The notes: generated by a model not told the origin, from the sequence alone. A stretch of 64,000 nt of DNA from Octopus vulgaris (GCA_951406725.2 OX597831.1:47244001-47308000), one strand, 5' to 3'. Numbered from the stretch's first letter, positions 50,468-63,483 are shown. A program made the numbers and translations.

Positions 50468-51894
50468 AGTCACCATCATCATCATCACTATCAGTGACAT
50501 CATCATTTTTATATCCACTCTTCTGTGCTGTCATGGAATGGACAGGACATTTTCAGGCAATGGTTTTACAGTTGGCCATTCTTCCTGACAACAACCTTTT
50601 CAGTCATCTCTTACAGTATGCAAGGGTATGGTGTACCTTATCTACACAAAGTGTAAATTATAATAACAACTTGTGGGGTGTGGTCACTAGTTTTAGTGTT
50701 TTCAGTGTAATTAACAAAACATTGTTCTCACACAAATATTGGAAACTATTTACCAAGAGTAAATGTCAGTTCCTTGAACAACAAAAAATAGACCACACTA
50801 ATCTAGAGAATGTTATTTCCGTAAGATTTTAGTTCATGATGCTATTAATATAGCGATCTACAGATTATGGTTGTTTAGTTATGAAAAAAAAGCTTATTGG
50901 TGTCAATATTATTCTCCTGATGAGTTTCAGTACAAACGTGAGTGAATGTGTGTGTGTATGTGTGATTAGTGGTGGAGTTGTTGATTTAATAACCTTCAGA
51001 TTCTCCCACATAAAACTGCAGCAGTAGTAAGTCTAAGAATTCTTTGCTTTGCATTAAAATATCTCCCAATGATTCAGGTTTTTCTCTGGGTGTGTCATTT
51101 TGGTAAAAGTTCAAGTTTGTATCAACAGACACATCTAGACATAGGGAATTTAATGGAACCTGTATAGAGATATTTCTTTGTGTTTATGTATATCTATATA
51201 TATATATATATATATATGCATTTTAAGTTTCCTAGCTTTAATTTATCACCACCTCTTTTAAAATTGGAACCATTTTCGTTTTTGCAGATAAATTCATGAG
51301 GAAAAGTAGTAATTTCTTCATAGAGTAATTATCATAATTATTTTTATTGTTATCAATGGATTTTTTTATTTTCTATTTCTTCTTACCTGAATTCCATTAC
51401 AAAATGTGATTGATGCAACAACTTCATTCATAACTTGGAAGTATTTCAAAGTTGTTACAAAATTTACTGTAGCTGAAAGCTCTTGTTCAGAGCTTCCACT
51501 CAACCATGAAATGATGGGTGTATATGTATACAGTCACATACATGCAGACATACACACATATCATAGTAAATGTATGTGTAGGTGTATATGTGTATACACT
51601 CTCTTACTCCCCAGATACACATATAAATGAAGATGTAGACATACTATTATCAGAGATATGGTTAGATTGAATAATTGGTGTCTGTGGAGAGAACAATAAA
51701 ATAGCTAGGTTTAGGTGATGGATATAAAGATAATCTTAGCCATTTGATAAATAGGTATTGATAATATAAATACCAGAGTAATGGAGTCAATATGATTTAA
51801 GGTTGTATAACTACTGCCCAATGACTGAAAATAGTAAAAGAACAAAAACTGAGTGGTAGAAAGAGCTGAACAATGTACTAAGAGTGTTTCAGTC

Positions 51895-52260
51895 ATCTAT
51901 GTTCCTCCCAATAATGGTTGTGTCTCATATTAATTACAGAATTCATGCGGTACTGTTCCAGCCAGAGAATACCTTCTCTATTTAGGGTGTTCAGTATTTC
52001 AGGCCAAATTTCTCCCTTTTCACATTTGAGCACTTTAATTACCCATATGACATCAGCCTCTGTGAAGTTAGCCTTTGTCCCTAGATGCACCTCATGTTTA
52101 CCAGATTTTATTGTGGCCATATTTACACTTAGGAGTAATTATTCTTCTGAGCAGTTCTGAGGTTGTTGGGGTTTACACCCTTAGCCAGTTGTAAAGAAGA
52201 TATATTTGAGATTCTCAGCCATAGGCTTTTGTTTCTTGAAGCCTAGAAATATCAGTATTA
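51895..52260 (-). mobile_element. Fragment of the same degraded RTE-type LINE family
   Basis: Shares 'agagaataccttctctatttag' and 'cacatttgagcactttaatt' with 58664-58725. Confidence 0.65.
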
Positions 52261-53049
52261 CTCACTTAAAATCGGTTTGTTTACATCCCCATAAATTAGA
52301 GGTTCAGCAAAAGAGACTGATAGAGTAAGTGCCAGACTTAAGAAAAGAAGTACTGGGGTTGATTTATTCAATTGACCCTTCAAGGCATTGCCTCAGCATG
52401 GCCGCAGTCCCATGTCTGAAACAAGTAAATGATATAAGAGTTGCTTGTCATTCTTTCCATCAAAAATGCGATGAATGAGAGATTGACCAATTGGCAAGCT
52501 TTAACTAACAGCGGTGTTGTTTACTTGGGATAAAATAAAAAGAGAAAAACCATGTGAAGTAATGTCATTTCATTATTTCCCTTCTCAAAATAAAGGACTT
52601 TGGTTTTAGTCTAAAGAAAGCAATACTTTAAGGATGTTATAATGTAGTGAATTAAGTGAGAAACCATTGAAGCATTAAGTACTTTTTTAAAAGAAAACAG
52701 TATTATGGAGATTAAGATTGACTTGTCTCCTTTACTGCTCTTAATTTATTGATTCTAAAGGTATGAATGGAAGAGGTTTTGGTGCCACTGATATTCTTTG
52801 CAAATTCATAAGTCCTTTGGATTTTTATTAAAAGTAGTTAACAGCTAACATTTCAATAGTTAACTTAGAGTTTAATCTTTGCTTTATCTGAAAAACAATT
52901 TTTAGAGCCTCCCTACCAACATACATTACTCTTTCTGTCAGAGGCTTTCATAAAGCTGTAAAAAGCTAATTAACCTGGTAAAAATCATTGGAATTCATAA
53001 ACAATTTTGAATTCAATGGGAAAATATTTTATTTATTTATTTGTGTGAA

Positions 53050-53055
<6 letters not shown>

Positions 53056-53106
<51 letters not shown>
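53056..53106. repeat. (GA)n microsatellite
   Basis: Directly visible. Confidence 0.95.
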
Positions 53107-53110
<4 letters not shown>

Positions 53111-53564
53111 AGGGTGTGAATGGATGTGACTATCTAATGACAAGACTAATGTCTTCATACTAATCTAACTTTGAAGAAGTAAAGAATTTATGTAGAGGTA
53201 CACGTTGGCACTACACACCAAACATAACATGAATAACAGTCATTTGGATGTAAAATAGCATAAACATTAATAGCTCTTCCAATCAAACTTCATTCAAATA
53301 TCTGGACAACACAATTCCCTCTTGTTCCTCCTTTTGCCTTTGTTCCTTGGCTTTCCCCTTTTTCGCTTCTCTTCCTATTTTCCCTTTTCTTTTTCCTTTC
53401 CTATGGTTCTTCCCTACCTACCTGCCCTCCTTCCCTCCTTTCTTATTGTCCCTTCTTCCCTCGTTTCTGCTCCTCTACTTTAAACTGTATTTCCTACTAT
53501 TTTCAAGCTACATGGTTTAAGTATGCATGAAGACAATGATCTGAGGCTTGTTTTTCTTGTCTAG

Positions 53565-53762
53565 GACAGCTCCTCTTCAGTAGCATCCCTCTCTTCTTAT
53601 CTGAGAAGGTCACACGTCAATCTTTCCAAGAACACCAACAGCAGTTGGTTGAAAACATTGCATACTACTACCGGCCGAGGTCTGGCTGAGAGAAACAAGT
53701 GGGAGTGTTACGAGGAATCAAGCGTGCGGAAAATAAGCCAGGATTTGGGCAATTTTAATGAG
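53565..53762 (+). CDS. Candidate linker exon L3, 198 nt, phase 0-0 (DSSSSVASLSSYLRRSH...KISQDLGNFNE)
   Basis: tttttcttgtctag| and GAG|gtgaga. 66 open codons, visibly more GC-rich than the flanks. Not in the ORF track. Confidence 0.7.
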
Positions 53763-55129
53763 GTGAGATATGAGGAAGAGGCTTTGAGATAAAGAAAGAC
53801 GGTTCATAAGAGATGGTGTCAAAGAACTGTTTTCTATTGTTTGTAACATTTCTGTTGTCTTTTATTCTATGAATGTCACCTAGACGCTTTGATTCTCTTT
53901 TCTTTATTCTCCATTCTGTTTTTTTTCTTTTTCTTTATCTATTCTTTCTTTCAACATCATTATGGATGCTACCACTAAACATTCTTAGTGAATTTCCATT
54001 TATAATTCTTTCTTTATTTTTTAGAAACATTCTTTAAAATATTCAACTTGACTTTATTTTCTTTGGAATGATTTTTCTAAGCACTTCCTTTTCTCCCCTT
54101 CCCCTCTCTATCTTTTTCACTTTCTCTCTCTTTTTCATCAATTTAGAATTTGATGCCTTTTGTGTTTTATTTCTCAAATTGTTAATTAGTGAGGGATTTT
54201 TTTTTTTAATATCACTGTTTGATTTATATATTTATTCTTTTTAATTTTTTTTTTTTGTTCTTCTTTGAAAAAGGATTTTCTCCCTTTAACATAGATTTTT
54301 TTTTTGCATCCTTAGCACTACACTTTGCCCCCTATTGTTTCATAAGATCCAAGACAATTCAGCTTCCCTGCATCTTCCACTTTGCTAGAAGTAATTCTCA
54401 TTAAAATTTTTTAAAAGAGCAGGAAATTATGAATATCATAAGTACCAGAAATTCAAATTTGAGCAGTCAGTTCACTAAATAAACTTTGTGAAGACTATAA
54501 ATTTCTGAAACAGATTGCATACTTAACTCTTAAGAATTTTCGTGGCAAACTGCAGTGAATTTGAAATTACAAGAAGCTATCATAGACCCTTAATTTTTGT
54601 ACCTAAGAATAAGTTTATAGATTATATAGGCAGTAAATAGTTAAGTAGGTTTTTTTTTTTTCATAACAAGATAAACTTCAAATAGCTTTTATAACTTTGT
54701 TATATAACTACCATTTTGTTATCCTAATAGATTTCAACATACTAAAAACATTTTATCATTTTTATTGTTGGCACTATCCGTTTTATTAGAAACAAACTGG
54801 TATAGTGACAAAAGCAGTGGAGTGCCAGACTAGATCAATTAAAGTACCTAATTTCATCTCAATTCACTCAGAGTTGCTATCTCAGCTGAGCTGACTTTGC
54901 TCTTCAGCTCTCCATATCCAATAATATATTAACAGTTTTCACAACTACATAGCTAATGCCCTTCAAAAAAAAAACATAAAAATCTTTCTGCCCTAATTTT
55001 CTCCTCCTTCTTAAAATTTGTGGCTTTGTACATCTTAGTAAGAAATCAATATTTTAATTAAATATTTATTCAATGTTTTTCATCTCGATTGTTGATATTG
55101 TTAGTAAAATTGTTCTCTATTCTCTCCCA

Positions 55130-56430
55130 AGAATGTATTCTATTGTTCTCTGCGTTCTCTGAAGACTTCATCTATGTAGTAATGTCTGTGATGTTGAATT
55201 GTTCTGTTTCTATCAACACTCAATCCATATCGTCTGTGATATAGTATTTTTGTGTCTCTACGAACTCTTTATTTGTGCAGTAATGTCTATTTATATATTG
55301 TAGTTCTGTGTCTCTACTAACACTTTGTGTTATAATGTGTCTCTACCAACATCTAACCTATGTCTCTACAATACCTGTGATATTGTAGATCTATGTCTCT
55401 ACAAATACTCTATCTGTAGAATTGTGTTGCCTGTGATATTGTCTCTACCAACACTTTGTATATTATTATCTGTGATATTGTACTTTACTGTCTATATCCT
55501 TACTCTACGTGTTATAACTATGTTGTCTGTCATAGTTTTTACTGTTCAATGTCTCTACATACATTTTTCCCGACTACTTAATGTCTGTGATATACTACTT
55601 TAAGTATATCCCCAAACTCTGTCTACTAATGTTGTTTGTGATGTTGTAGTTCTATGCCTAGGTTGTTCTATGCAACATTGTCGTTCTGTGCCTATGTAGT
55701 TCTACCAACACTCTACCTGTGTACTAAAATTGTCTCAGATATTGCACTGTTGTTTATCCTCCTGTTCTTCGCCTTTACTTGTTGAGTATTGGGGTTGATA
55801 CAGCCACACTCAAGACCTGGATTCGATTCTCCTCTATTTGTTTATCAGAATCACTTACACTGTACCATATGGACTGTAGGGGACTACTAACAGTGTCCCA
55901 TTCTCCAGAAAAGAAGGATGCAACAAAGGGCTGGCAACTTATTCTCATAGAAAAACCAATACACTACTGGAATCATTCAAGGGCAGTTCAGCACAGAATG
56001 GATATAAAGCAAAAGGCCTCCACCAATACTCTACCTGTGTGCTATCATTGTCTGTGACATTGTACTGTTGTGTGATTTTACTAATGCTTTACCTGTGTAC
56101 TAATGTTGTCTTTGATATTGTACTGTTCCACATCACTACCAAGACTCTACTTGTATACAGGTGTTGTCTGTTCTGTGTCTCTACTAACACTCTACATGTG
56201 CACTATTGTTGTCTGTAATATTGTACTGAACCTTTGTCTTTCTCAAGACGACAAGTATACTAATAATGTCTGTGAAATATTTCCACATCTATACCATGAC
56301 CCTACCTGTGTACTAATGAAGTCAGTGATATTATACTGTACTCTGTCTCTTCCAAGAGACAACAGAACAATCTAATATCACAGACAACATTAATACAGAG
56401 ATAGACCTGTGTTCAAATGTCTATAATTTT
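55130..56430. repeat. Degenerate ~60-bp tandem repeat array, interrupted at about 55760-56015
   Basis: Recurrent ctctaccaacactctacctgtgtactaatgttgtctgtgatattgtac. Confidence 0.8.
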
Positions 56431-56553
56431 ATACTATTCCCCACCAAAGTTGTATCAGTATTCAATTGATATTTTGTGATGTTCAACACCGTTTTCTACC
56501 GAGGCTTTGCCAATATATTGGTGTAATATGAAATTTTAATCTTTTCTGTCCAG

Positions 56554-56751
56554 ACTGCACCAGTCAGCCAAAGATTAGAAGATGAAGAATGGTTTCATGG
56601 AGTTCTTCCTCGAGAAGAAGTACAGCGTCTTTTAGTCACTGATGGGGATTTCTTAGTTCGTGAAAGTAAGAACAAGAAAACAAATGAAGTTTTGTATGTA
56701 CTTTCTGTTTACTGGAATGGTCATAGACATTTCATTATTCAAACAAAAGAG
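56554..56751 (+). CDS. FER: SH2 domain exon, 198 nt, phase 0-0 ([38 protein letters not shown]...[10 protein letters not shown])
   Basis: tctgtccag| and GAG|gtatgt. Canonical WFHG and FLVRES SH2 motifs. Not in the ORF track. Confidence 0.96.
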
Positions 56752-57169
56752 GTATGTCTTCATCTGTTCTAATTGAATATTAATCCTTAATGTTAACCAT
56801 TGTTGCTTTGATACTAAAATTATTCTAATGACTAAATAAAAAGGTGTGTGTGTGTGTGTGTGTGTTACGAATCAAAATTTTTATAATGAATATTTATTTA
56901 AACACTTTACTCGCATTGTAAATTGGCTGGTGGTAGGAAGGACATTCAGTCATTAAAAACCACAGTAAAAAAGAAAGAATTGAATTTAAAAAAACAGGTG
57001 TTCTGTAAGCTGCATTGCTTATGTAGTATTGATATGGGGTAGCGGGACTCTTCAGTCTAATTACAGTAATTTCTCCAGTGCTGGTGCTATGTTAAAATGC
57101 ACTGAGATAACATTGTAAAGTAGTTGGTCACTGGAAAGGCATCCTACCATTAGAAACATGTCCCCACCC

Positions 57170-57404
57170 AGAAGGCAGCAAGCTGGCAGAAACGTTAGCA
57201 CACTGGGCGAAATACTTATTGGTATTTCATCTGCCTTTACGTTCTGAGTTCAAATTCCGCCGAGGTCGACTTTGCCTTTCATTCTTTCGGGGTCGATAAA
57301 TTAAGTACCAGTTACGCACTGGGGTCGATATAATCGACTTAATCCCTTTGTCTGTCCTTGTCTGTCCCCTCTGTGTTTAGCCCCTTGTGGGCAATAAAGA
57401 AATA
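57170..57404 (+). mobile_element. SINE family A, full length with TSD
   Basis: Near-identical to 18325-18554. 18-bp TSD agaaacatgtcyccaccc. Confidence 0.9.
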
Positions 57405-58389
57405 AGAAACATGTCTCCACCCTACCAAAAACTGGAATGAACAAAGTAGACATTGACTATGCATGCCACATTGCAAGCAGAGCATCTTGGAGTGCAATAA
57501 CTGTGAATAAAAATTGGTTGAGGATAAAGGAAAGTCTGTACATTCTACTACAGAAAGCCTCCCTAGTGCTAGTGGGACAATAGAATGTATGTTATGTCCC
57601 TTATATCTTCAAGTACCACTCCTGCTGTGGCTGCCGATGATGTAAGCCTCATTTAAATTGATGAAAGGATTATAACTGCAACTTTTTATATTGCAACAAT
57701 GAAGATAATGTTGATGTTAGTGAAGAAATCTGCAGTTGCTGCTGCAAATAAAATGCATAATAATTTCTTTATTCTTGCTGTTTTGGATAAATTCTCTTCA
57801 GACAATGAGCATTGAGAAGAAAACGATGCTTACTTGAGATAAAACAAAAAGGAGGAATGTGTTGAGATAAAACTGTTCTTTGACAACTGAACAAGCTCTT
57901 AGAATTAGACAGGGAAGCCATGATTTTTTTTTTTATTTGATTTTTTTTTTATTCATCTTAGATTAGTTGAGGAATTCTATCGACACTAACAAATGGAAGT
58001 TTGTAAATCTTTAAAAGAACAAACACAAAAATATATTTCTTTGCTGACTTGGATTGTTTGTTATCTGAAGTAGCATCCATAACACTACATTAGTTATCTG
58101 TGCTAATTAATCCTACTCTGCAAAAGAATGGTGAGATACTAAATAAAAAGCACCAAAGCAACAGGCTAATTGTATTTGTACTCTTTTATGGCTTTTAGTC
58201 ATTGGAGTACAGTCATGCTGGAGCACCACTTTTAATGGTTTCAGTCAATAATGTCAGCTTCAGTACTTTTATTAATTTCATCAATCACTGTTTATTAGAT
58301 GGCTATGTCTACCTACTGAGTTATGTGCCTTTAAGAATATAATTACCACACAGACACACATATTTGTGTGCATATGTGTATGTTACACC

Positions 58390-59980
58390 TGCCATAGAAT
58401 GAGTATCCTGTATCCTGTTGGTTGTGCTCCTTCCAGGATGGAAGCCACACTCTTCTTCAACAGACTTGTGCTCCCCAACTTCCCTTCATCTCTTTCCCAG
58501 GCACTTATTGTAGATTTTACTGGAAAGGTTCAACAAGATGATTCCTTTATGATTAGCACACTCTCTCTTGTCTCCTCTTTTAAAAATTGGGTCTATCACT
58601 CTGGATTGCCATTGTTTTGGTGTCTTTCCGGAGATCAAAGCCACCTGGCATACACAGGTCAGTTAGAGAATACCTTCTCTATTTAGCCCTTTTCAGCAGC
58701 TTTGCCACATTTGAGCACTTTAATTGGCCTCTATGACTTCAACCTCTGTGGAGTTAGTTTTTGTCCAGCGATACACTTTTGTGTCTACCACAAAATTTTA
58801 TTGTGATCAGATTTAGAAGATCAGAAAAATATTCTCCACCTCCCAAGAATGTTTATCTCTGTAAAGAGATGGACCCCTGCTGAGTTCTTAATGGCAGGTA
58901 TGGAAGAGGGCTTCTTGTTATGAAGTCAATGGGTGGTCTGCCAGTATACATCATTGGTCAATCTAAAGTCAGAGATCAGCTCAACTCCAAAGTCCTCCCA
59001 TGACTTACCCTTGAACATTTTTACTATCTTGACTGCAACATTTTTGCTTCAGTGTACCACCTGCACAGAAAGACCTGTTTCCAAGCCAAGCTTTGTAAGC
59101 CACCTTCTTTGCTTGGATAGCATTTTTTAAGCTTCCTGATTAAACCAAAGTGTTCTTTTACCATCTGGTGTCACATTGAGCAGCCTTTGTCCAAGTATTT
59201 TAAAGCCAAAGAAGAAATTGCCAAACAAAACAACTTCCACTCCATTTTGAAATCCTCAGCTTGTTCAGGAAGGTCTCTCAGTTTATCTGATTTAATGTCT
59301 GTATATTTATTTCTGTTCCTGTTGTCTGCTAGGGCTTCCCACTTTATCCTGTATGTTTCACTAGGAGTACCAGTTTTATGTGTTCTCCCTGTTGTAGATA
59401 GTCTCGGGTTGCAGACAACTAGGTGGTAATCAGTTGATTACTCTGTCCCTTTCTTTACATGAATTTGCAACACAGAATCAAAGAAGTCAAAGATGATAAC
59501 AAAATCTATTAGTGAGCTCTGACCCAAAGTATCTTTATACCAGGTATCACTGTGATATCACCAGATATCACTGTGCTGAAAGAATATGTTCATAATGAAG
59601 AGCACATTTCTAGCATAGGAATCTACTAAGTCCTCCTCATTTGCATTGAATTCAGGGTCCTCATTTCTCACAATCATTCCTTTCGATATCTGGTGATTGA
59701 TGCCAACATGTACAATGAAGTTTCCTTGTAGGACAAATGACTCAGTTTTAACTTCAGCTAAAGCAGTAGTGACCTCATCAAGGAAGGATTTCTATTTGGC
59801 TTTGGCCTCACTGTTTGGCGCATATATTTGCAACAGCCATAGCAGACCTTCTTTTAGTCTAAGCTTCCGAAGATAAACTCTCCCACTTAGTGAAATCTAT
59901 TCCATAACATAAACAAACAGCTGGGTGTCTTGTGGTTATCCTCATTCCTGTCTGTGCAGATATAGCTGGCACCACAACTA
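58390..59980 (-). mobile_element. Highly degraded RTE-type LINE (AP endonuclease and RT N-terminal remnants)
   Basis: Minus-strand remnants LQIYAP (59816-59833), a GDFN-like QGNF, and PIFKRGDKRECAN. Many stops and frameshifts. Confidence 0.7.
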
Positions 59981-60197
59981 TAAAGGGATGCTGAAAAATT
60001 CCTTGCTTTAAGGCTGTCGTGAAAGGTCTGGCTGGAGGCCCTAAGTTCTGAGTTCGTTTACAGGACTTAGAAAAACTGAAGAATCACTGCAATGAGTGTG
60101 TGAATCTGAGAGGGGAGTATATTCAATGAAATCATAATTAACTGATCCTCCTGTATTTTCTTTTACCCAAAGCCAAGAACTTTTCAGCACCCCTTCA
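59981..60197 (-). mobile_element. mariner-like MITE, copy 3 (inverted)
   Basis: Reverse-complement homology to 6793-7011; TA flanks. Confidence 0.8.
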
Positions 60198-60985
60198 TAT
60201 CTTCAAAACCTTGAAGAGGAGACACTGACTATATTTTGCCTGTAGCGTTTGGCCTCCTCTACTAGTTTCTGCTCTTTATCCGTTAGAGTTGTGATATTCC
60301 AATTTCCAATCCTTAATGGTTGCCCCGTCCTGGACCCACTTCAGGGTCCTGGAACATGCTTCCTTTGTACTTCCACCCCACACCTCCCTGAACAAATTGC
60401 AGGCTTATTGTCGGTTCTACTGACATTGAGTTGAGACTGCAATATATTTTTCGAATAGAGCCCTCTGTCTAATATCCAAAAGTGTTCTTTGTTAACCCAC
60501 ATGACAAACAATGTGGTATATTCAATCCTTTGAACTCTTTTCATATTGCAGCTTTTAATGGTTTTATTTGCACCAGGCACCAAGCCTGTATTTGCATTTG
60601 AACCATGAAATAAATGTGTGTGTGTTGTTAAGAAGGGTATTCAACTGTAGAAACCATGCCAAAGTAGACATTGGAGCTTGGCACAGCCTTCTTGCTCATC
60701 AGTTTACGTTGAACTGTCCAACCCATACCCACGTGGAAAAGATGTTAAACGATGATAATGATGAGGATGTACAAATGTAATATGTGTTTCTATATTTGCT
60801 TACATTTGCACTTCTCCAAGAATTACTGAGCTATACAAGCAGTGATACTGTTGCTAGTTTCTCTGCCAATAAATCATCTGTGATATAAATTGTTTACACC
60901 TTCAAATACATATAGAATAAGAGATCCCTTGTAGCCTTGTGCTGATATCAAAAATCGTTTTTTTCTTTTTCTTTTCTTTCTTTAG

Positions 60986-61162
60986 GAGGGTTGGCATTTG
61001 GAAGGTCCCACTTTTCCAACCATCCAGCATCTCATTCATAATCAGATGACTAAAGGACAGCCTGTTACAAGTAAATCGCAAGCAATTTTGAAAAATCCAA
61101 TTTTAAGAGAGCCGTGGGAATTGAAGAATGATGATATTCTTCTTGATATGAAAATTGGCAAT
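60986..61162 (+). CDS. FER: SH2 C-terminus to kinase start, 177 nt, phase 0-0 (EGWHLEGPTFPTIQHLI...WELKNDDILLDMKIGN)
   Basis: Long polypyrimidine tract + tag|, AAT|gtaagt donor. Contains the WEL linker preceding the kinase domain. Confidence 0.95.
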
Positions 61163-61171
61163 GTAAGTATT

Positions 61172-61616
61172 CTATCTTTTATCTTTTACTTGTTTTGGTC
61201 ATTTGACTGTGGCCATGCTGGGGCATCACCTTGAAGAGTTTTAGTCAAACTAACCGACCATGGAACTATTTTTTAAGCTTTACACTTATTCTATTGGTCT
61301 CTTTTGCTGAACTGCTAAGTTACAGAGATGTAAACACACCAACACTGGTTGTTAAGTGGTGGTGAAGGACAAACACAAACACAAAGCCACACACTTATAT
61401 GTATATATATGTATGACCGCGTGTGTACCATTGGCGATTTTTTTTTCCTCCATCTTCCCTTCTCTAGATCTTTCCTTTTCCTATGTTTCTGACGAAGAGC
61501 TCCGCTCTAAATGTAAAACCCTCCTTCTTCCCTTCCTTCCTGAGAGTCCAATAATACTATATTTGTTCCACGTCCTCGCATTGTTGTGTTTTCTCTTTGT
61601 GTTTTCGTGTTTGGAT

Positions 61617-61659
<43 letters not shown>

Positions 61660-61960
61660 ATATATAAATGTATCTGCTGGGTGGTTGGTGTTAGGAAGGG
61701 CATCCAGCTGTAAACATTCTGCCAAAACAATCACAGAAGTATGGTGCAGATTTCTGCCTGGCCAGCTCCTATGAAGGCTGACGTTAAATGATGCTGATGA
61801 TACATCAGGCTTCTTTCAGTTTCCATCTACCAAATCCACTCACAAGGCTTTGGTCGGCTCAAGGCTATAGTAGAAAACACTTGTTCAAGGTGCCACGCAG
61901 TGAGACTGAATCCGGAACCATGTGGTTGGGAAGCAAGCTTCTTACCACACAGCCATGCCT
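61172..61960 (-). mobile_element. SINE family B split by two nested insertions in its internal microsatellite
   Basis: 3' half at 61172-61400 and 5' half at 61805-61960. Confidence 0.8.
61416..61620 (+). mobile_element. Putative Penelope-derived short element inside (TA)n, nested in a SINE
   Basis: Flanked by TA repeats. Contains CTGACGA-agagc-tcc-gctc-TAAA, a hammerhead-like motif. Confidence 0.45.
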
Positions 61961-63483
61961 ATTGAGAAACATTTCAAAGTATTTTCAAATAAGTTTTGCT
62001 AAACTGATTTTGCAGGCTTCCATGCTTGACATCTAAAGCTTTTCACGTGACATACACCATTCCTGAGGTAATTAGAAGTCAAAAGGCTGAATTAGTTCAA
62101 TCAAGGAATATGACTTTCCAAACCCTTGACCAAAACAGCTTAGACCACATGGAAAATTGGCTAAGAGGTGAATCTCCCATCTCTATGAAGATATAGAGCT
62201 ATCTCTCTCAACAAACAACAAGCAGAGCAGAACATCTGGCTGCTGAGTGTTGTAAGAGAGTGCAAAGACACCAAGAGGACAAGTAACTGAAGTATGACAG
62301 TAAATCCAGACACAGTCATTGGTATGGGATTGCATTCTTGCAAAAGACATATTACAGACTTAGTTTTGATACAGTGTACCTGGAGAAAACTCAACCTGGC
62401 AGAATTCATCCCTCTCTCCAAGTTGTACCCACGAGGAAAATTAAGCACAGCCCTGGAAACAAATGAATATTGTTGTCGATTTACAGTGCTGCTTAAGGTG
62501 ATGAGTGAGCTGGCAGAATTGTTAGGATGCTTTATTTTCTGAGTTCGAATTCTGACAAGGTCGATTCTGTCTTTCTTCCTTGATAAAATAAGTACCAGCT
62601 AAGTACTGGGATCGATGTAATCAACTTTCCCACTACCCCCAAACTTGCTGGCCTTGTACCAAAATTTGAAAGCATTTTATAGTGCTGCTGCTACTTACAT
62701 CAGTAAGTCATTTTATAGCATGGTGAACTGAGTTGTTTGTTGTAAGGGTTGTCTTGGATAAAAAACCAACAGATTTTCAATTTGGTGCTATGAGCCCTAT
62801 TCTATTAACTCATCCTTCTCTCTAGTTAATCTGTAGGCTGTGAGGATTCTCTCCTCTCTACTTCAACAATTATGATGAAATCTATGGTTTTACTGAGGAG
62901 GCCTAATAAGACCAAAATATGCTTGGAGTTGTCTCCCATACATACTAGATTAATTATAACAATATCAGTCTTTAAATAATACTGTCATTTCCTCACTGTA
63001 TGATTATTTCTAAATAGTTTTTTTAATGCTCACTGCATTAAAAATATTAATATTAACTTGATTATATGATATAGTTGGCATCAAGCATTCAACTCTTAAA
63101 AATTCTCCAATAGATTGTGCAACTGTTCAGTTTATAGACAGGTTTTCACCCTACTCCTTTGAAGTGTGATTATTTATAGAGAAATATGATTAATACATAT
63201 AATTTATAGAGTAAGTCTTTTCTATTTATTGCATACCAGCTGTATAAAGACTTTAGTCAACTAATCTTTGGTACGTGGCCACTAAATAATAAATCCCATT
63301 TTGAGAGATCTGAAGAACTTTTCTAAATGATTGAATTTGTTGACTGGAACTACCTATGCTATGCATTACATAGAAAAAGTGACATAAATGTCTCTAAATT
63401 GATGTTTGTGCTTTAACACATAAATCTATGTAATTAGAACATTTGTATGATGTTAAATATTTTTGTCTTTTTACTTCCCTCAG

